In this document: positions 29,822 to 39,519 of the stretch, one piece after another
How positions within the stretch are numbered: position 1 is the stretch's first letter
Layout of the letters: every line of letters starts with the position of its first letter
Assembly: GCA_965197905.1 (NCBI GenBank)
Contig: CBDAOB010000002.1
Span: 128,001-192,000, forward strand
Length of the DNA stretch: 64,000 bases
Direction: 5' to 3'
DNA from: Candidatus Latescibacterota bacterium
GTDB lineage: Bacteria > Latescibacterota > UBA2968 > UBA8231
Made by a program: the position numbers and the translations under genes
Notes under the pieces: model-generated
Seen by the model: only the letters and a program-made list of their open reading frames with translations
Database searches by the model: none
What the model was told of the DNA's origin: nothing

Positions 29822-30720
29822 ACCTTCGCCCTCTGACGATCCTTCTCTTTTTGCTCCACCCACGCCCTGAACTCCTGCCGCAAACGTTCCTGGTAAGCTT
29901 TAGTTGCCTCCGGAGTTTCGAGGGGAGGCGGTCCCGAGTGAAGACCGTAATGTATCATGGCCAGCCCCGCATCAACGGTCAGGTGCTGTCCGGTCACAAA
30001 GCGCGCCTCGTCTGATACCAGATATAGGGCCGCATGGGCGATGGCTGTCGGATCGACGGAGACCGGCATGGGTAGGTGGCGCAATTCTCGCCCGAAACGC
30101 TCTTCGAATTCGGGCAGGTACTCTTCGCCGATCCGGTCGACCACCTCCCACATCTGCCCCCCCACCCCGCCGGGGCAGATGGCATTGACGCGAATCTTGT
30201 GAGGCCACAACTCCACGGCCATCGTGCGCACGGCTCCCAGTAAAGCGGCTTTGGCGGCGCTGTAGGCCGGGGATTGCACACCCAATAGAGCCTGTACGGA
30301 GGAGGTGCAGACAATTGCTCCCTCGCCCGCTTTTTTCATCTCCGGCAGGCAGCGGTGCGCTCCTTCGAGCAGGGCCAACAGATTGACCGCCAAAACCTGC
30401 TCCGTCCCTGCCCGGTCGAACTCCTGTATGGTGCCACCGTTTCCCGCGTTGGCGTTGCTCAGGTAGATGTCCACCTTGCCATAGGTCTCGGCGGTAAACG
30501 CAACGGCGTGGCGTACGCCTTCGGAGGTGCTTATATCGGCGTGCACGAAGCGCGCCTGGCCACCGGCCTTTTCAATCAGCGCGACGGTTTCCGTCCCGCC
30601 CTCGTCATTAATGTCGTTGACCACCACACACGCCCCTTCGCGAGCAAAGATGCGAGCCATCGAACGGCCGATATTGCTGCCGCTCCCGGTGATCAAAGCT
30701 ACTTTTTTGTCCAGACGCAT
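29818..30720 (-). CDS. SDR family oxidoreductase
   Basis: TGSGSNIG, TSS, YSAAK, RVNAICPG and VTGQHLTVDAG motifs; ATG at 30720 after GGAGG. Confidence 0.93.
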   Translation of the reverse strand: MRLDKKVALITGSGSNIGRSMARIFAREGACVVVNDINDEGGTETVALIEKAGGQARFVHADISTSEGVRHAVAFTAETYGKVDIYLSNANAGNGGTIQEFDRAGTEQVLAVNLLALLEGAHRCLPEMKKAGEGAIVCTSSVQALLGVQSPAYSAAKAALLGAVRTMAVELWPHKIRVNAICPGGVGGQMWEVVDRIGEEYLPEFEERFGRELRHLPMPVSVDPTAIAHAALYLVSDEARFVTGQHLTVDAGLAMIHYGLHSGPPPLETPEATKAYQERLRQEFRAWVEQKEKDRQRAKV

Positions 30721-31003
30721 ATCTTGTCCTCCACGAAAATCGACAACATGGATAAAGGACTTCACCGCTAGTTGCGCAAGTATCCTTGGTTGCAGTTTCG
30801 CGCTATCCCAAAGGGAGCGCTCCGCCTCCGGTTGCCAAACGCCTCCCCGTGCTGCGGGATAACCAGGGTGGCTGGCTGTATGACAAGAGAAATCGATGTC
30901 CCGGCAAGAAGATCACACCCGACGCCGAGATGAAGAAGATGAAAGTCCGGTGGGCGAAGAAGAATAAGTGACCAGCTGTGTGGGGGCAGGGCGGCTACAG
31001 GGG

Positions 31004-32054
31004 TTACCCGTCCTTCTCATTACCCCAAGGGAAAGACTCGACCTGGAGCGAACGTTCCACCGCGGGCAGAGATGTCTTCGCGCCACCGTTGTTGGATGAA
31101 ATGTGTATGCCGAACCCGATCTCGGTAGCTCTACGTGCGTGATCGATGTCGCAGGCGGTTCGACCGCCGCTCCGCACAGCTTGTTGGAGATCTCGAACCA
31201 TGCCGGGGCCCGCGGGCCAGTCCTCATCGGCGGAGGGGCAGCGGCAACAGGCGCGGCTCGTTCGATCCCTCCTCCCACAGGTAAGCCTCCGGTCCATCCT
31301 TGCATATTGAGAGGCGCCCCTTGTCGCCTTGAAGGTCGAAGCTCGCTCCCTGTGCGCCGGCTGGAGTGATATAGACGACCACACCGTTGTCCATTCCAAC
31401 CTGAGCGCGACCTGGCGGGTCCAGGTGCCTTCGCGAGTCCGTCGGGTCACCGGAAACATCATCGATCAGCCCACTCACCCAAACCGGTTCCGGATCGTCC
31501 AGCAAGCCCAGGATCGCGTCATACCAGTGACAGCCGTGGTTGATGGTGTTCGGAAGCCCGTATGCAACAAGGCTCGTGACTGAGCCGATGACCCCACCTG
31601 CGATCTCCGATCGCAAGCGGCGATAGCTTTCCGTCCATCTTCGATCGAGCGCAAACGCCAGCGGCACGTTGTTACAGGCTTGGACGATCCGATCCATCTC
31701 TTCGAGCGATGTGGCCAGCGGTTTGTCGCAAAGGATGCCGCGGACGCCGGATTGAGCCGCCGCCTCGATCTGATCGGCATGCATCGTCTGCCGCGTCGCG
31801 ATGCATAAGATGTCCGGTCGGGTTTCTTCGAGGAGGCGTCCATAGTCGCCGTAGCTCGCAATCTCGCCCCATGCTTCTTGCCAGAAGGACGCAAACTCTT
31901 CGCGGGTCTCTTCTCCATAGTCAAAGACTCCCACAATCTCTGTCTCGGGAACGGCGTGAAAGGCGCCGGCGAGATTGTGACTGGTCATCTTGTGCAACAG
32001 CATGCGGTGGCAACCCGCGATGGCAACCCGGAGCTTGGTGTTATCTTGAGCCAT
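31004..32054 (-). pseudogene. Gfo/Idh/MocA oxidoreductase, frameshifted near the 3' end
   Basis: LRVAIAGC and CDKPLA motifs; frame change at the C4 run (31235-31238) into SADEDWPAG...ARRATEIGFGIHIS...WGNEKDG. Confidence 0.82.
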
Positions 32055-32070
32055 AGGAACCTCTGCTGTG

Positions 32071-33378
32071 TTACGTCGCAGTTGTCGCGGAAGCCGGGCG
32101 GGACGCTTGATTCGTCGGCGCGATGGTTGGCACCTGAATCGATGCACATGGAAATACCGCAACTCTGGCGTTTGGAGGCAATTTTTCGGCGAGCATGCGG
32201 ATGGGAGTATCCCAGTCGCGGAAGAGGAAGTAGTCCGAATGTTCTCGGTAGAAGTCTTCGACCGGGTAGTGCTCCGAAAAAACGAGTAACTGATCGGGCT
32301 CGCCGATCCTGGGCGCGGGGAGCTCCATGGGTTCGAGCGATGCTCTCTGTTTCAAGAACCGCGCGTAGTCCATTCCGTCGTATATCCCGTGATAGCAAAT
32401 CCCGTCACTGCATGGACTGATTGCAATGGCATGCGCACGATCAAAGTAGTTCCTCACCCAGAGCGATTTGCCCAATTGAATGGAATCCGCATCTAGCGGA
32501 TAGGAGTTCGTCACTACCAGATCGGTTGTTCGACGTATCCCGTCTGGAATGGCGGTTCCATACGTTTCCCGGGCGAATTGTGCCCCCCTGCGATGCGCCT
32601 CTACGAAATCGCCGACAAATACGCCGACGATCTCGCGCCGGCTGTTGATGACTGCGTTTACGATGACGTCCAGGCCGAGCCGTCTGGCCACTGCCTCGGC
32701 GGCATCCCGAGCATCGGGCTCGCTTGCGCTGCGTTCCACGGCGCCGTGCTCCCTCGAGGGATAGTGATTGTGGAAACAAAAAATCGTCGCGAAGCCTGAG
32801 ACGCCGGGCAGGATCAGCTTGGCTCCGCCACCAAAACCCACGTTTCCGTGCGGATAGATGCCGCCCAGGCAGATCTTGAAATCTGCGTCTGCAACTACGG
32901 GATTGATGTAGACCGGCATGCCGTCGGAAAGATTGCCCAGGGCGCGCAGGTTCCCACTCATAAAGTCGTGATTCGTCACTTCGTATTCTGCGGCAACACC
33001 TGGTCCAACCTTTTTGGCGATCTCCCGAGCGTTTAGTGGACGGTGCGAGCCTACACCCACGACAAAGCGGATCTCGTCTTTGGCGATACCGGCTTGGGAG
33101 AGTTCCCGCAGCACAAAGGGGATCAGTTCGGCGGCGGGGGTAGGTCTGCTCAGGTCGTCGACCACGATCGCGGCGCTCTTCTTGCCGCGTGCCATCGCCG
33201 CAATGGGCGGTACGCCGATGGGGTGACCAAAGGCGGCTTCGATCTGCGCCTCCCCCATCTTCGTGGTTTCTTCCGGGGCGAGGATTGTTACCTCCCAGGA
33301 TTGTGGAAGATTCAGGGGGACTTCTCGGTCGCCGAACCAGGCACCCGAGCGCACAGTTACACTTTCGTTCGATGACAT
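32071..33378 (-). CDS. Lactate racemase (LarA) domain protein
   Basis: VDDLSRPTP, GSHRP, NHD and PHGNVGFGGGAKLILPG motifs; ATG at 33378 after AGGAG. Confidence 0.85.
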   Translation of the reverse strand: MSSNESVTVRSGAWFGDREVPLNLPQSWEVTILAPEETTKMGEAQIEAAFGHPIGVPPIAAMARGKKSAAIVVDDLSRPTPAAELIPFVLRELSQAGIAKDEIRFVVGVGSHRPLNAREIAKKVGPGVAAEYEVTNHDFMSGNLRALGNLSDGMPVYINPVVADADFKICLGGIYPHGNVGFGGGAKLILPGVSGFATIFCFHNHYPSREHGAVERSASEPDARDAAEAVARRLGLDVIVNAVINSRREIVGVFVGDFVEAHRRGAQFARETYGTAIPDGIRRTTDLVVTNSYPLDADSIQLGKSLWVRNYFDRAHAIAISPCSDGICYHGIYDGMDYARFLKQRASLEPMELPAPRIGEPDQLLVFSEHYPVEDFYREHSDYFLFRDWDTPIRMLAEKLPPNARVAVFPCASIQVPTIAPTNQASRPASATTAT

Positions 33379-33448
33379 CGATTCTCCTGGATTGATGTGC
33401 GGCACCGCTCACAACGACGACTAACGACCCCAGCTTTGCGGTCCCAGC

Positions 33449-33480
33449 CTTGACCCGACCATAGATAATGGTATTTGTCC
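33449..33480 (+). promoter_or_regulatory. Conserved upstream motif copy
   Basis: CTTGACCCGACCATAGATAATGGTATTTGTCC. Confidence 0.55.
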
Positions 33481-33556
33481 CTGCTAAACGCCACCGGTGA
33501 AAGTCACACTGCTCAACACACCCTACATCGCCTTGCGATGACCATGGAGGTTGAAA

Positions 33557-34957
33557 ATGGATGGCCAACAGCAGGATATCATGACACGCGGTAGCTACTT
33601 TCCCGGTGATTGGGTGCGCCCCCGGTTCAATCCCGGTACCTGGATGGCGATGGTGGACGTGATGGAGATCTTTCCGGGACATCGCAGCATTACCCGTGAG
33701 GGAAGCTACGAGCTGTTTGACGCACCTATCGGAGTAAACCTCCGGGTGGAAGAGCTGCAGAGGTGCGAACCGATTCTGAATCCCGGAAAAGACTGGGGCG
33801 CGGAGGGTTTCGAAGATCCGTCAGCGCCGCCCGCTGAGCGCTACAAGGCGATGGACGCCAGGGGATTCTGGCTCGACCGCGAAACCGGCGAGGAGGTGGA
33901 CCCCGACGAGGCGGATAAATGCTGGCGCGCCGAACAGTACGAGGGGCCGGCCTATGCAGGCCGCAAAGTGGTTCTCAAGGGTCAGATGCTGGGCCGGACC
34001 TCGCCGGATCGGGTTAACTGGACCAAGATCGATGAACCCCTCGCCAACTACTCTGTCAACGGCGGCATTTCCCCTGGGTACGACGCGCACAACAAAACCT
34101 ATTTCGCCTTCCTCCAACCCCAGGGTTGTGCCCCCACAGACCCCCAAAGCGTCGGCACCAGCATACCCGAGACCGAGGTCGTGCGGCGCGCCGTGGGGTT
34201 GGCGCGGACCAAAGACTTCCGTCACTGGCCCGCGCCCAAGCTCTTGCTCCATCCCGATGCACAGGACCCCCTCGACATCTCATTTTATGGTACCTGCTAC
34301 TTTCCCTATCCAGGCCGGCTGGATCTTCACGTGATAATCCTTCCGGTTTTCCACATGGTAACCGATCACGTGGACTTGCAGATCGCTTTCAGTCGCGACT
34401 GTGTAGTGTGGACGCGTCCCGAACGCCGGGCCATCCTCAGCGTGGGTGCACGGGGCAGCGGGGACGAGGGCCAGCTCTACCCTTGCGCTCCTCCGGTGGA
34501 GCTTCCCGACGGCTATTGGGCCCTGCAGTACATGTCGCGCTCAACCACACACACGGTGGCCGAGAAGTACAAGCAGGCTCTTTTCCCGGAGATGGGGCCG
34601 GAGCAGAAGAATTGGGCGCGCTGGTCCGCGCATCGGTTGTGCGGCGTCGAAGCCGAGAGCGAAGGAAGATTCACCATCGCCACGGTGTTTCGCCAGGAGA
34701 AGGAGCTACGCCTGAACTATCGCTGCGCGCCCGGTGGCTGGATCAGCGTAGAGTTGCTGCGGGCTATACCTTCCAAGAATTGCCCGGATGTGGATCCTCT
34801 CGAGGGTTTCACCTTCGCGACGTGCGACCGCCTGGCGGGAGATGAAGTGGACCAGGTCGTCACCTGGCAGGGGAATAGCGATATCTCCAGTGTCGGTGAG
34901 ATGGTTGCCATTCGCGTGAAGATGTTCCAGGCGAAGCTGTTCGCGTACCGGCTCTAG
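33557..34957 (+). CDS. Uncharacterised beta-propeller (GH-like) protein, copy 1, with an in-frame internal deletion
   Basis: EDPSAPPAERYKA, TKDFRHW, QIAFSRD and MFQAKLFAY motifs; lacks ~60 aa present in the paralogs at ~33805. Confidence 0.75.
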   Translation: MDGQQQDIMTRGSYFPGDWVRPRFNPGTWMAMVDVMEIFPGHRSITREGSYELFDAPIGVNLRVEELQRCEPILNPGKDWGAEGFEDPSAPPAERYKAMDARGFWLDRETGEEVDPDEADKCWRAEQYEGPAYAGRKVVLKGQMLGRTSPDRVNWTKIDEPLANYSVNGGISPGYDAHNKTYFAFLQPQGCAPTDPQSVGTSIPETEVVRRAVGLARTKDFRHWPAPKLLLHPDAQDPLDISFYGTCYFPYPGRLDLHVIILPVFHMVTDHVDLQIAFSRDCVVWTRPERRAILSVGARGSGDEGQLYPCAPPVELPDGYWALQYMSRSTTHTVAEKYKQALFPEMGPEQKNWARWSAHRLCGVEAESEGRFTIATVFRQEKELRLNYRCAPGGWISVELLRAIPSKNCPDVDPLEGFTFATCDRLAGDEVDQVVTWQGNSDISSVGEMVAIRVKMFQAKLFAYRL

Positions 34958-35000
34958 ACCCGTATCACGCGCCGGGGATTCAGAGGCGTTGACAACGGAG

Positions 35001-36800
35001 TTAACCCGAAGAGGCTTCGCGCAGCTTCGCGTGCAGGCGCAGACAGATCGCCGCCGTGAAGCCGTACTCATACGCCCCGAGGCCGGCTCCGGTCTGCGAA
35101 TCGAAGTGTTCGCGCAGGTCGCCATCGGCGATCAAGATGGCGTACAACCGCTCCCGGGCGGTATACGCCTCGTCGCGGTAGTTGAGCTTGTCCAACACCC
35201 TGATCATCAGGTAGGCCACGTTGATCCAGGTAGGTCCCCGCCACCATTGGTCCGCTGCGTAACTCGGTTCATCGTAAGCGACCACCGGAAACGGGACGGC
35301 ACCGAAGAAGTGGTCCGGGTTCAGCAGGTACTCCTCGATCGTCCGTCGCCCCCGATCTTCCGCCAACGGTACTCCGGCTAGCAGTGGCAGGAAGCAGGCG
35401 GGAGTTTTGATACGCACGGGCTCGCCAGTCTCCACGTTGACGTCCAGGAAGAGCCCCGATTCCTCGTCGTATAGCAGATCCACCATGCGAGCTGCGTAGG
35501 CGTCGGCTTGAGCGCTCAGCGCCGCGGCGGTAGCGTCGTCGCCACCCATACGGGCAAAATCGGCGCAGATCCGCATCTGCAAGAGCAGATAACTGTTCAG
35601 GTCGCAGGCGATGATCGCACCCTGGTCAAAGCGGGGGGTGTTGTCCCATCCCACTTCCATGCCGTTGACTGCGGCGGGCAGACCGAGGCGGGTCATGCGT
35701 TGAGCAAGCCACCAGTCGGTATTGCGCCGCAGCGCAGGTAGCAGCCGTGCCGCCAGCTCTTCGTCGCCCGATTCTCGAACGATTTGGTGACCCGCCCAAC
35801 CGAGCAGAGGTGGCTGCGACTGACCGGGGTGGACCCAGGTTGAACATATAAAGGCATGCAGCTTGCCGTCGGTCCGCTGATTGTCCGTGAAGACGAGCAA
35901 ACTGTCCTCCGCCAATTGCGCATTGAACTGCGCCACCCCAAGGCTCTGGAAACAACTGTCCCACAAATAGGCGCAGGGGTATCTGCCTCTGCTGGGGAAA
36001 CCGGAGATCCGTCCCTGCAAGAGCCCAGGGCAGGCGGCGCTGTTACCCAGCAGAGTGTATATCGCCCGTGCCAGCACCGCCGCTTCCGCATCGGCGGCGG
36101 CGCGGATGTCGAATGAACCTGTGGCCCCCGCCCACCAGGTCAGCGTGCGCTTCCGCGCCTCTTCCGCCGAGTTGCTCCCGTCTCGCAGGCGGGAGATGAT
36201 CTCGTCGTGCCCCACCTCGAGCATGCGCACAGAAAAGAGCAAGACGATTCGGCTTTCATTATCGGCCAGAACCTTCACCGCATCGGGCGTGGGAAGCGCT
36301 GCCATCGCGCCCTCAACGACCCGTATTCCGATGACAAATGGGAATGTTTCATCGTGGTCACGCGGATCCAACGTGGGCAGGTAGCCGTCGATGATGGCGA
36401 TTCCGCCCTCTAACTGCCGGCAGCGCCGTTCGGTGAATCCTTCATGGACGGCGGGATTGAACTCGAGCGCGGACAGGCCGGCGCAGTCCACGATGAAGGT
36501 GTTGTGGCCGCAATACGCAATCTGCGCTTCCCCCTCGCGAAACCTCTGCTGGATGCCGATCGCCGTATTCTGGTGCTGTTCCACCGGTTCGGGCATGGCG
36601 AGAAACGGCTCTAGAAAGACGGTCATTCGGCGATTGTAGTGCAGGTAGAGGCAAGCGATACCACCCTCGTCATTCACGCCCAGACCGACATCGGAGTAAA
36701 ACGGACTGAAGGAACGGTCGCCACCAGAGAAGTCGAGCCGGTTTCCCAAGACATCGACCAGGCGCTCGACGGGCGCGCGGGAACCTGATCGATCACTCAC
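35001..36800 (-). CDS. MGH1-like (GH63/trehalase-type alpha/alpha barrel) glycoside hydrolase
   Basis: YLWDSCF, SQPPL, GWDNTPRF, WWRGPTWIN and REHFD motifs. Confidence 0.85.
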   Translation of the reverse strand: MSDRSGSRAPVERLVDVLGNRLDFSGGDRSFSPFYSDVGLGVNDEGGIACLYLHYNRRMTVFLEPFLAMPEPVEQHQNTAIGIQQRFREGEAQIAYCGHNTFIVDCAGLSALEFNPAVHEGFTERRCRQLEGGIAIIDGYLPTLDPRDHDETFPFVIGIRVVEGAMAALPTPDAVKVLADNESRIVLLFSVRMLEVGHDEIISRLRDGSNSAEEARKRTLTWWAGATGSFDIRAAADAEAAVLARAIYTLLGNSAACPGLLQGRISGFPSRGRYPCAYLWDSCFQSLGVAQFNAQLAEDSLLVFTDNQRTDGKLHAFICSTWVHPGQSQPPLLGWAGHQIVRESGDEELAARLLPALRRNTDWWLAQRMTRLGLPAAVNGMEVGWDNTPRFDQGAIIACDLNSYLLLQMRICADFARMGGDDATAAALSAQADAYAARMVDLLYDEESGLFLDVNVETGEPVRIKTPACFLPLLAGVPLAEDRGRRTIEEYLLNPDHFFGAVPFPVVAYDEPSYAADQWWRGPTWINVAYLMIRVLDKLNYRDEAYTARERLYAILIADGDLREHFDSQTGAGLGAYEYGFTAAICLRLHAKLREASSG

Positions 36801-36827
36801 GGCGAAATTGGTCTCCCAGCATTGTTG

Positions 36828-37898
36828 TCAGTTCAAACCCAGTTCCCTGCGCACCAGGTCCGCCCCGGCGGCAAGGGCACAGAGCTTGCGGAAGGCGACC
36901 TCTCGAGGCAGGAACCACATGCCACAGTCCGGCGCCAGGTTCAATCGTTCGGGTGGAATCAGCTCGAGAATGGCGCGAATGCGGCCGGCGATGTAGTTGG
37001 GCTCCTCGATTTCGGATGAACTCAAGTCGAGCAAACCGACAATAACCGTCTTGTCGCCGCAATGGCGCAACAGCTCCGGTTCGTGCCCGGGCTGCTCGTA
37101 CTCCAGGCAGATCTGATCGGCGCGGGACGCGGCAATTGCTTCGAGTGCTCTACCGTAGTTGGGATCGACTTTCTTAGCGCCTATGGTCGCGTAACCGTAG
37201 CAAATATGCACAACCGTCGTCGTCTCGATTCCATCGAGCGCTCGATCCAGCGCCTGGGCACCCCAAGCAACCGCCTGATCGTGACGAAAGTGGAAGTCCG
37301 GTTCATCCAACTGAAGCAGATCGACGCCTTCCTCTTGGAGCGCCAGGAGTTCGCTGTTGAGCGTCCCGGCGATAGCCATTCCGAGCGCGGCTTCGTCGGG
37401 ATAATACTCGTTGGACAGCCGGCACGCAGAGGTAAGAGGTCCGATCACGGTCATTTTTGTCGGACGGTTGGCGTAACGCTTGAGGAAGCGGAGGTCTGCA
37501 AGGGTAATTGGCTCGGAACACGACACCTCACCCACGACTCTCGGCGCCTTTGCTTTTTCGAGCCGCTTTTCAATCTCGGGATCGAGATCGACAAAGCTCA
37601 TGTCTCTGTCCTCCATCGACCACGCGCCCAAATGTTTTGTGTCCAAGCCGTCGAATCGACGGAAGAAATATGCATCGAACCGTTGTCGCCGCTGTTCGCC
37701 GTCGGTCACTACGTCCAAGCCGGCACGTTCCTGGTCGGCGATGGCCAGCAAAGTGGCGTCGTCTTGAGCTTCGGTAAGCACCTCCGCCTCTGGCCGCCAA
37801 TAGTCGTCATCGTAGGGGGTGGTTACCCGTTGGTGGCGGATCAACCAGTTCGGTTTCGTGTAGCTGCCGACAAGCTGGGTAGTGAGGGTAGGTGTCAT
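36828..37898 (-). CDS. Cobalamin-independent methionine synthase II family Zn enzyme, second copy
   Basis: TQLVGSY, GLDVVTDGEQRR, QLDEP, HICYGY, LE and PDCGM motifs. Confidence 0.9.
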   Translation of the reverse strand: MTPTLTTQLVGSYTKPNWLIRHQRVTTPYDDDYWRPEAEVLTEAQDDATLLAIADQERAGLDVVTDGEQRRQRFDAYFFRRFDGLDTKHLGAWSMEDRDMSFVDLDPEIEKRLEKAKAPRVVGEVSCSEPITLADLRFLKRYANRPTKMTVIGPLTSACRLSNEYYPDEAALGMAIAGTLNSELLALQEEGVDLLQLDEPDFHFRHDQAVAWGAQALDRALDGIETTTVVHICYGYATIGAKKVDPNYGRALEAIAASRADQICLEYEQPGHEPELLRHCGDKTVIVGLLDLSSSEIEEPNYIAGRIRAILELIPPERLNLAPDCGMWFLPREVAFRKLCALAAGADLVRRELGLN

Positions 37899-37940
37899 AG
37901 ATGCCAAGATGGAAGGACGTAACAAGTGGTCGAGCGGCCA

Positions 37941-37968
37941 ATGCTAAGTAGATCGGCCTTGATGTCAA
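37941..37968 (-). promoter_or_regulatory. Sigma70-like promoter
   Basis: TTGACA-N16-TAGCAT on the minus strand; a second TTGACA at 38004 faces the sulfatase. Confidence 0.55.
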
Positions 37969-38057
37969 CCATTTCCGTCGGAGAACCGGCATCAAAGGGT
38001 GGGTTGACAACGGGGGGTTGTGTCACTCGTTTCTATGACATCAAAAAAGAAGGGCTC

Positions 38058-39506
38058 ATGAAAACCATTTTCATTCTCATGGATTCCTTGAATCGGCACT
38101 ACCTCAGTGCCTACGGGGATTCCCGGGTCCAGACCCCCAACATCGACCGTCTCGCCCAACGTGGAGTCGTATTCGACAACCATTACTGTTGTTCGATGCC
38201 ATGTATGCCGGCCCGGCGGGACCTGTTTACGGGACGAGCAAGCTTCCTTGAAAACCCCTGGGGGCCGATCCAACCGTGGGATGATTGTTTACAACCAGAG
38301 CTGCGTCGACAGACGGGCACCTACAGCCATCTTATTACCGATCACTTCCATTACTTCCGCACCGGTGGCGAAGGGTATCACACCTGCTTCGATACCTGGG
38401 AGTACCTGCGGGGTCAATGCTGGGATCCATGGCGCCCGCTCGTAGGAGAGCCGGAGGTCCCTGTCTACCGGGGAAGAAACCGACGGACGTATTGGGCCAA
38501 CCGGGAATTCTTCGACAGCGAAAAGGACGAAGAGTACACCACGCCCCAGTGTTTCGTGAGGGCGCTGGATTTTCTCGACCACAACTACGAGCAGGATAAC
38601 TGGCACCTGCACCTTGAGGTGTTCGACCCGCACGAGCCTTTTATCTGCCCGCGGAAGTATCTGGATCAGTACAACGACACGTGGGACGACCGGTATTATT
38701 TCGATTGGCCTGAGTACGAGCCGGTATCTGAGGAACCGGAAGCGGTGGGACACATCCGCAAGCGGTATGCCGGCACCTTGTCCATGGCCGATCACTGGTT
38801 GGGCAAGCTCCTGGATAAAATGGACAGGCTAGACCTTTGGAAAGACACCACCCTAGTGCTGACCACTGACCACGGCCATCTCCTGGGCGAGCACGGATAT
38901 TGGGCCAAAAACTACATGTTCGATTACCAGGAACTCGCGCACATTCCACTGATTGTCTGCCAGCCCGGGACCAAGAGCAAGCGGGTCGATGCTCTGACTT
39001 CTACCATCGACCTGATGCCGACGCTCATGGAATTACACGGAGCCGCGCCACCCGCGCCCGTGCACGGCAGATCCGTCAGTCCGCTGCTGGATAGCCAGGC
39101 GGAGCACCATGAAGCGGTTCTCTTTGGTTATTTCGGCAAGGATATCAATTTGACGGACGGACAATACACCTATTGCCGGCAAGCAAAATCGGGCTCTTTC
39201 CTCTATCACCACACGGCGGTACCGACCGGCTCCCGTGGTTGGCTCGATCGCGAATCGCTGGCCCAAGCCGAGTATGGGGTGTTCCTGAAACAGGCCAGCG
39301 ACGTTCCGCATATACGGCTCAAAACGCCCTCTCATCGGCACCACAATGCTCCTGACTTCAACCCGATCTACGATGTGAGAGCCGATCCGCATCAGCAGCA
39401 GGTGATCCGCGATCCCGATCTGGAACGCCAGCTTGAGAGCAAAATGAAGGAATTGTTGATCGATTTCGACGCGCCGACCTGTCAGTACTACCGCATGGGA
39501 TTGTAA
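38058..39506 (+). CDS. Sulfatase (Cys-type)
   Basis: MKTIFILMDS, QTPNID, CMPAR, FDPHEPF and TTDHG motifs; no signal peptide. Confidence 0.93.
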   Translation: MKTIFILMDSLNRHYLSAYGDSRVQTPNIDRLAQRGVVFDNHYCCSMPCMPARRDLFTGRASFLENPWGPIQPWDDCLQPELRRQTGTYSHLITDHFHYFRTGGEGYHTCFDTWEYLRGQCWDPWRPLVGEPEVPVYRGRNRRTYWANREFFDSEKDEEYTTPQCFVRALDFLDHNYEQDNWHLHLEVFDPHEPFICPRKYLDQYNDTWDDRYYFDWPEYEPVSEEPEAVGHIRKRYAGTLSMADHWLGKLLDKMDRLDLWKDTTLVLTTDHGHLLGEHGYWAKNYMFDYQELAHIPLIVCQPGTKSKRVDALTSTIDLMPTLMELHGAAPPAPVHGRSVSPLLDSQAEHHEAVLFGYFGKDINLTDGQYTYCRQAKSGSFLYHHTAVPTGSRGWLDRESLAQAEYGVFLKQASDVPHIRLKTPSHRHHNAPDFNPIYDVRADPHQQQVIRDPDLERQLESKMKELLIDFDAPTCQYYRMGL

Positions 39507-39519
39507 CCTGAAACAGACC

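Noticed and set aside
30786..30970. Lys-rich small ORF ending GKKITPDAEMKKMKVRWAKKNK
   Set aside because: There is no clear start or RBS and no family I can support; possibly a remnant.
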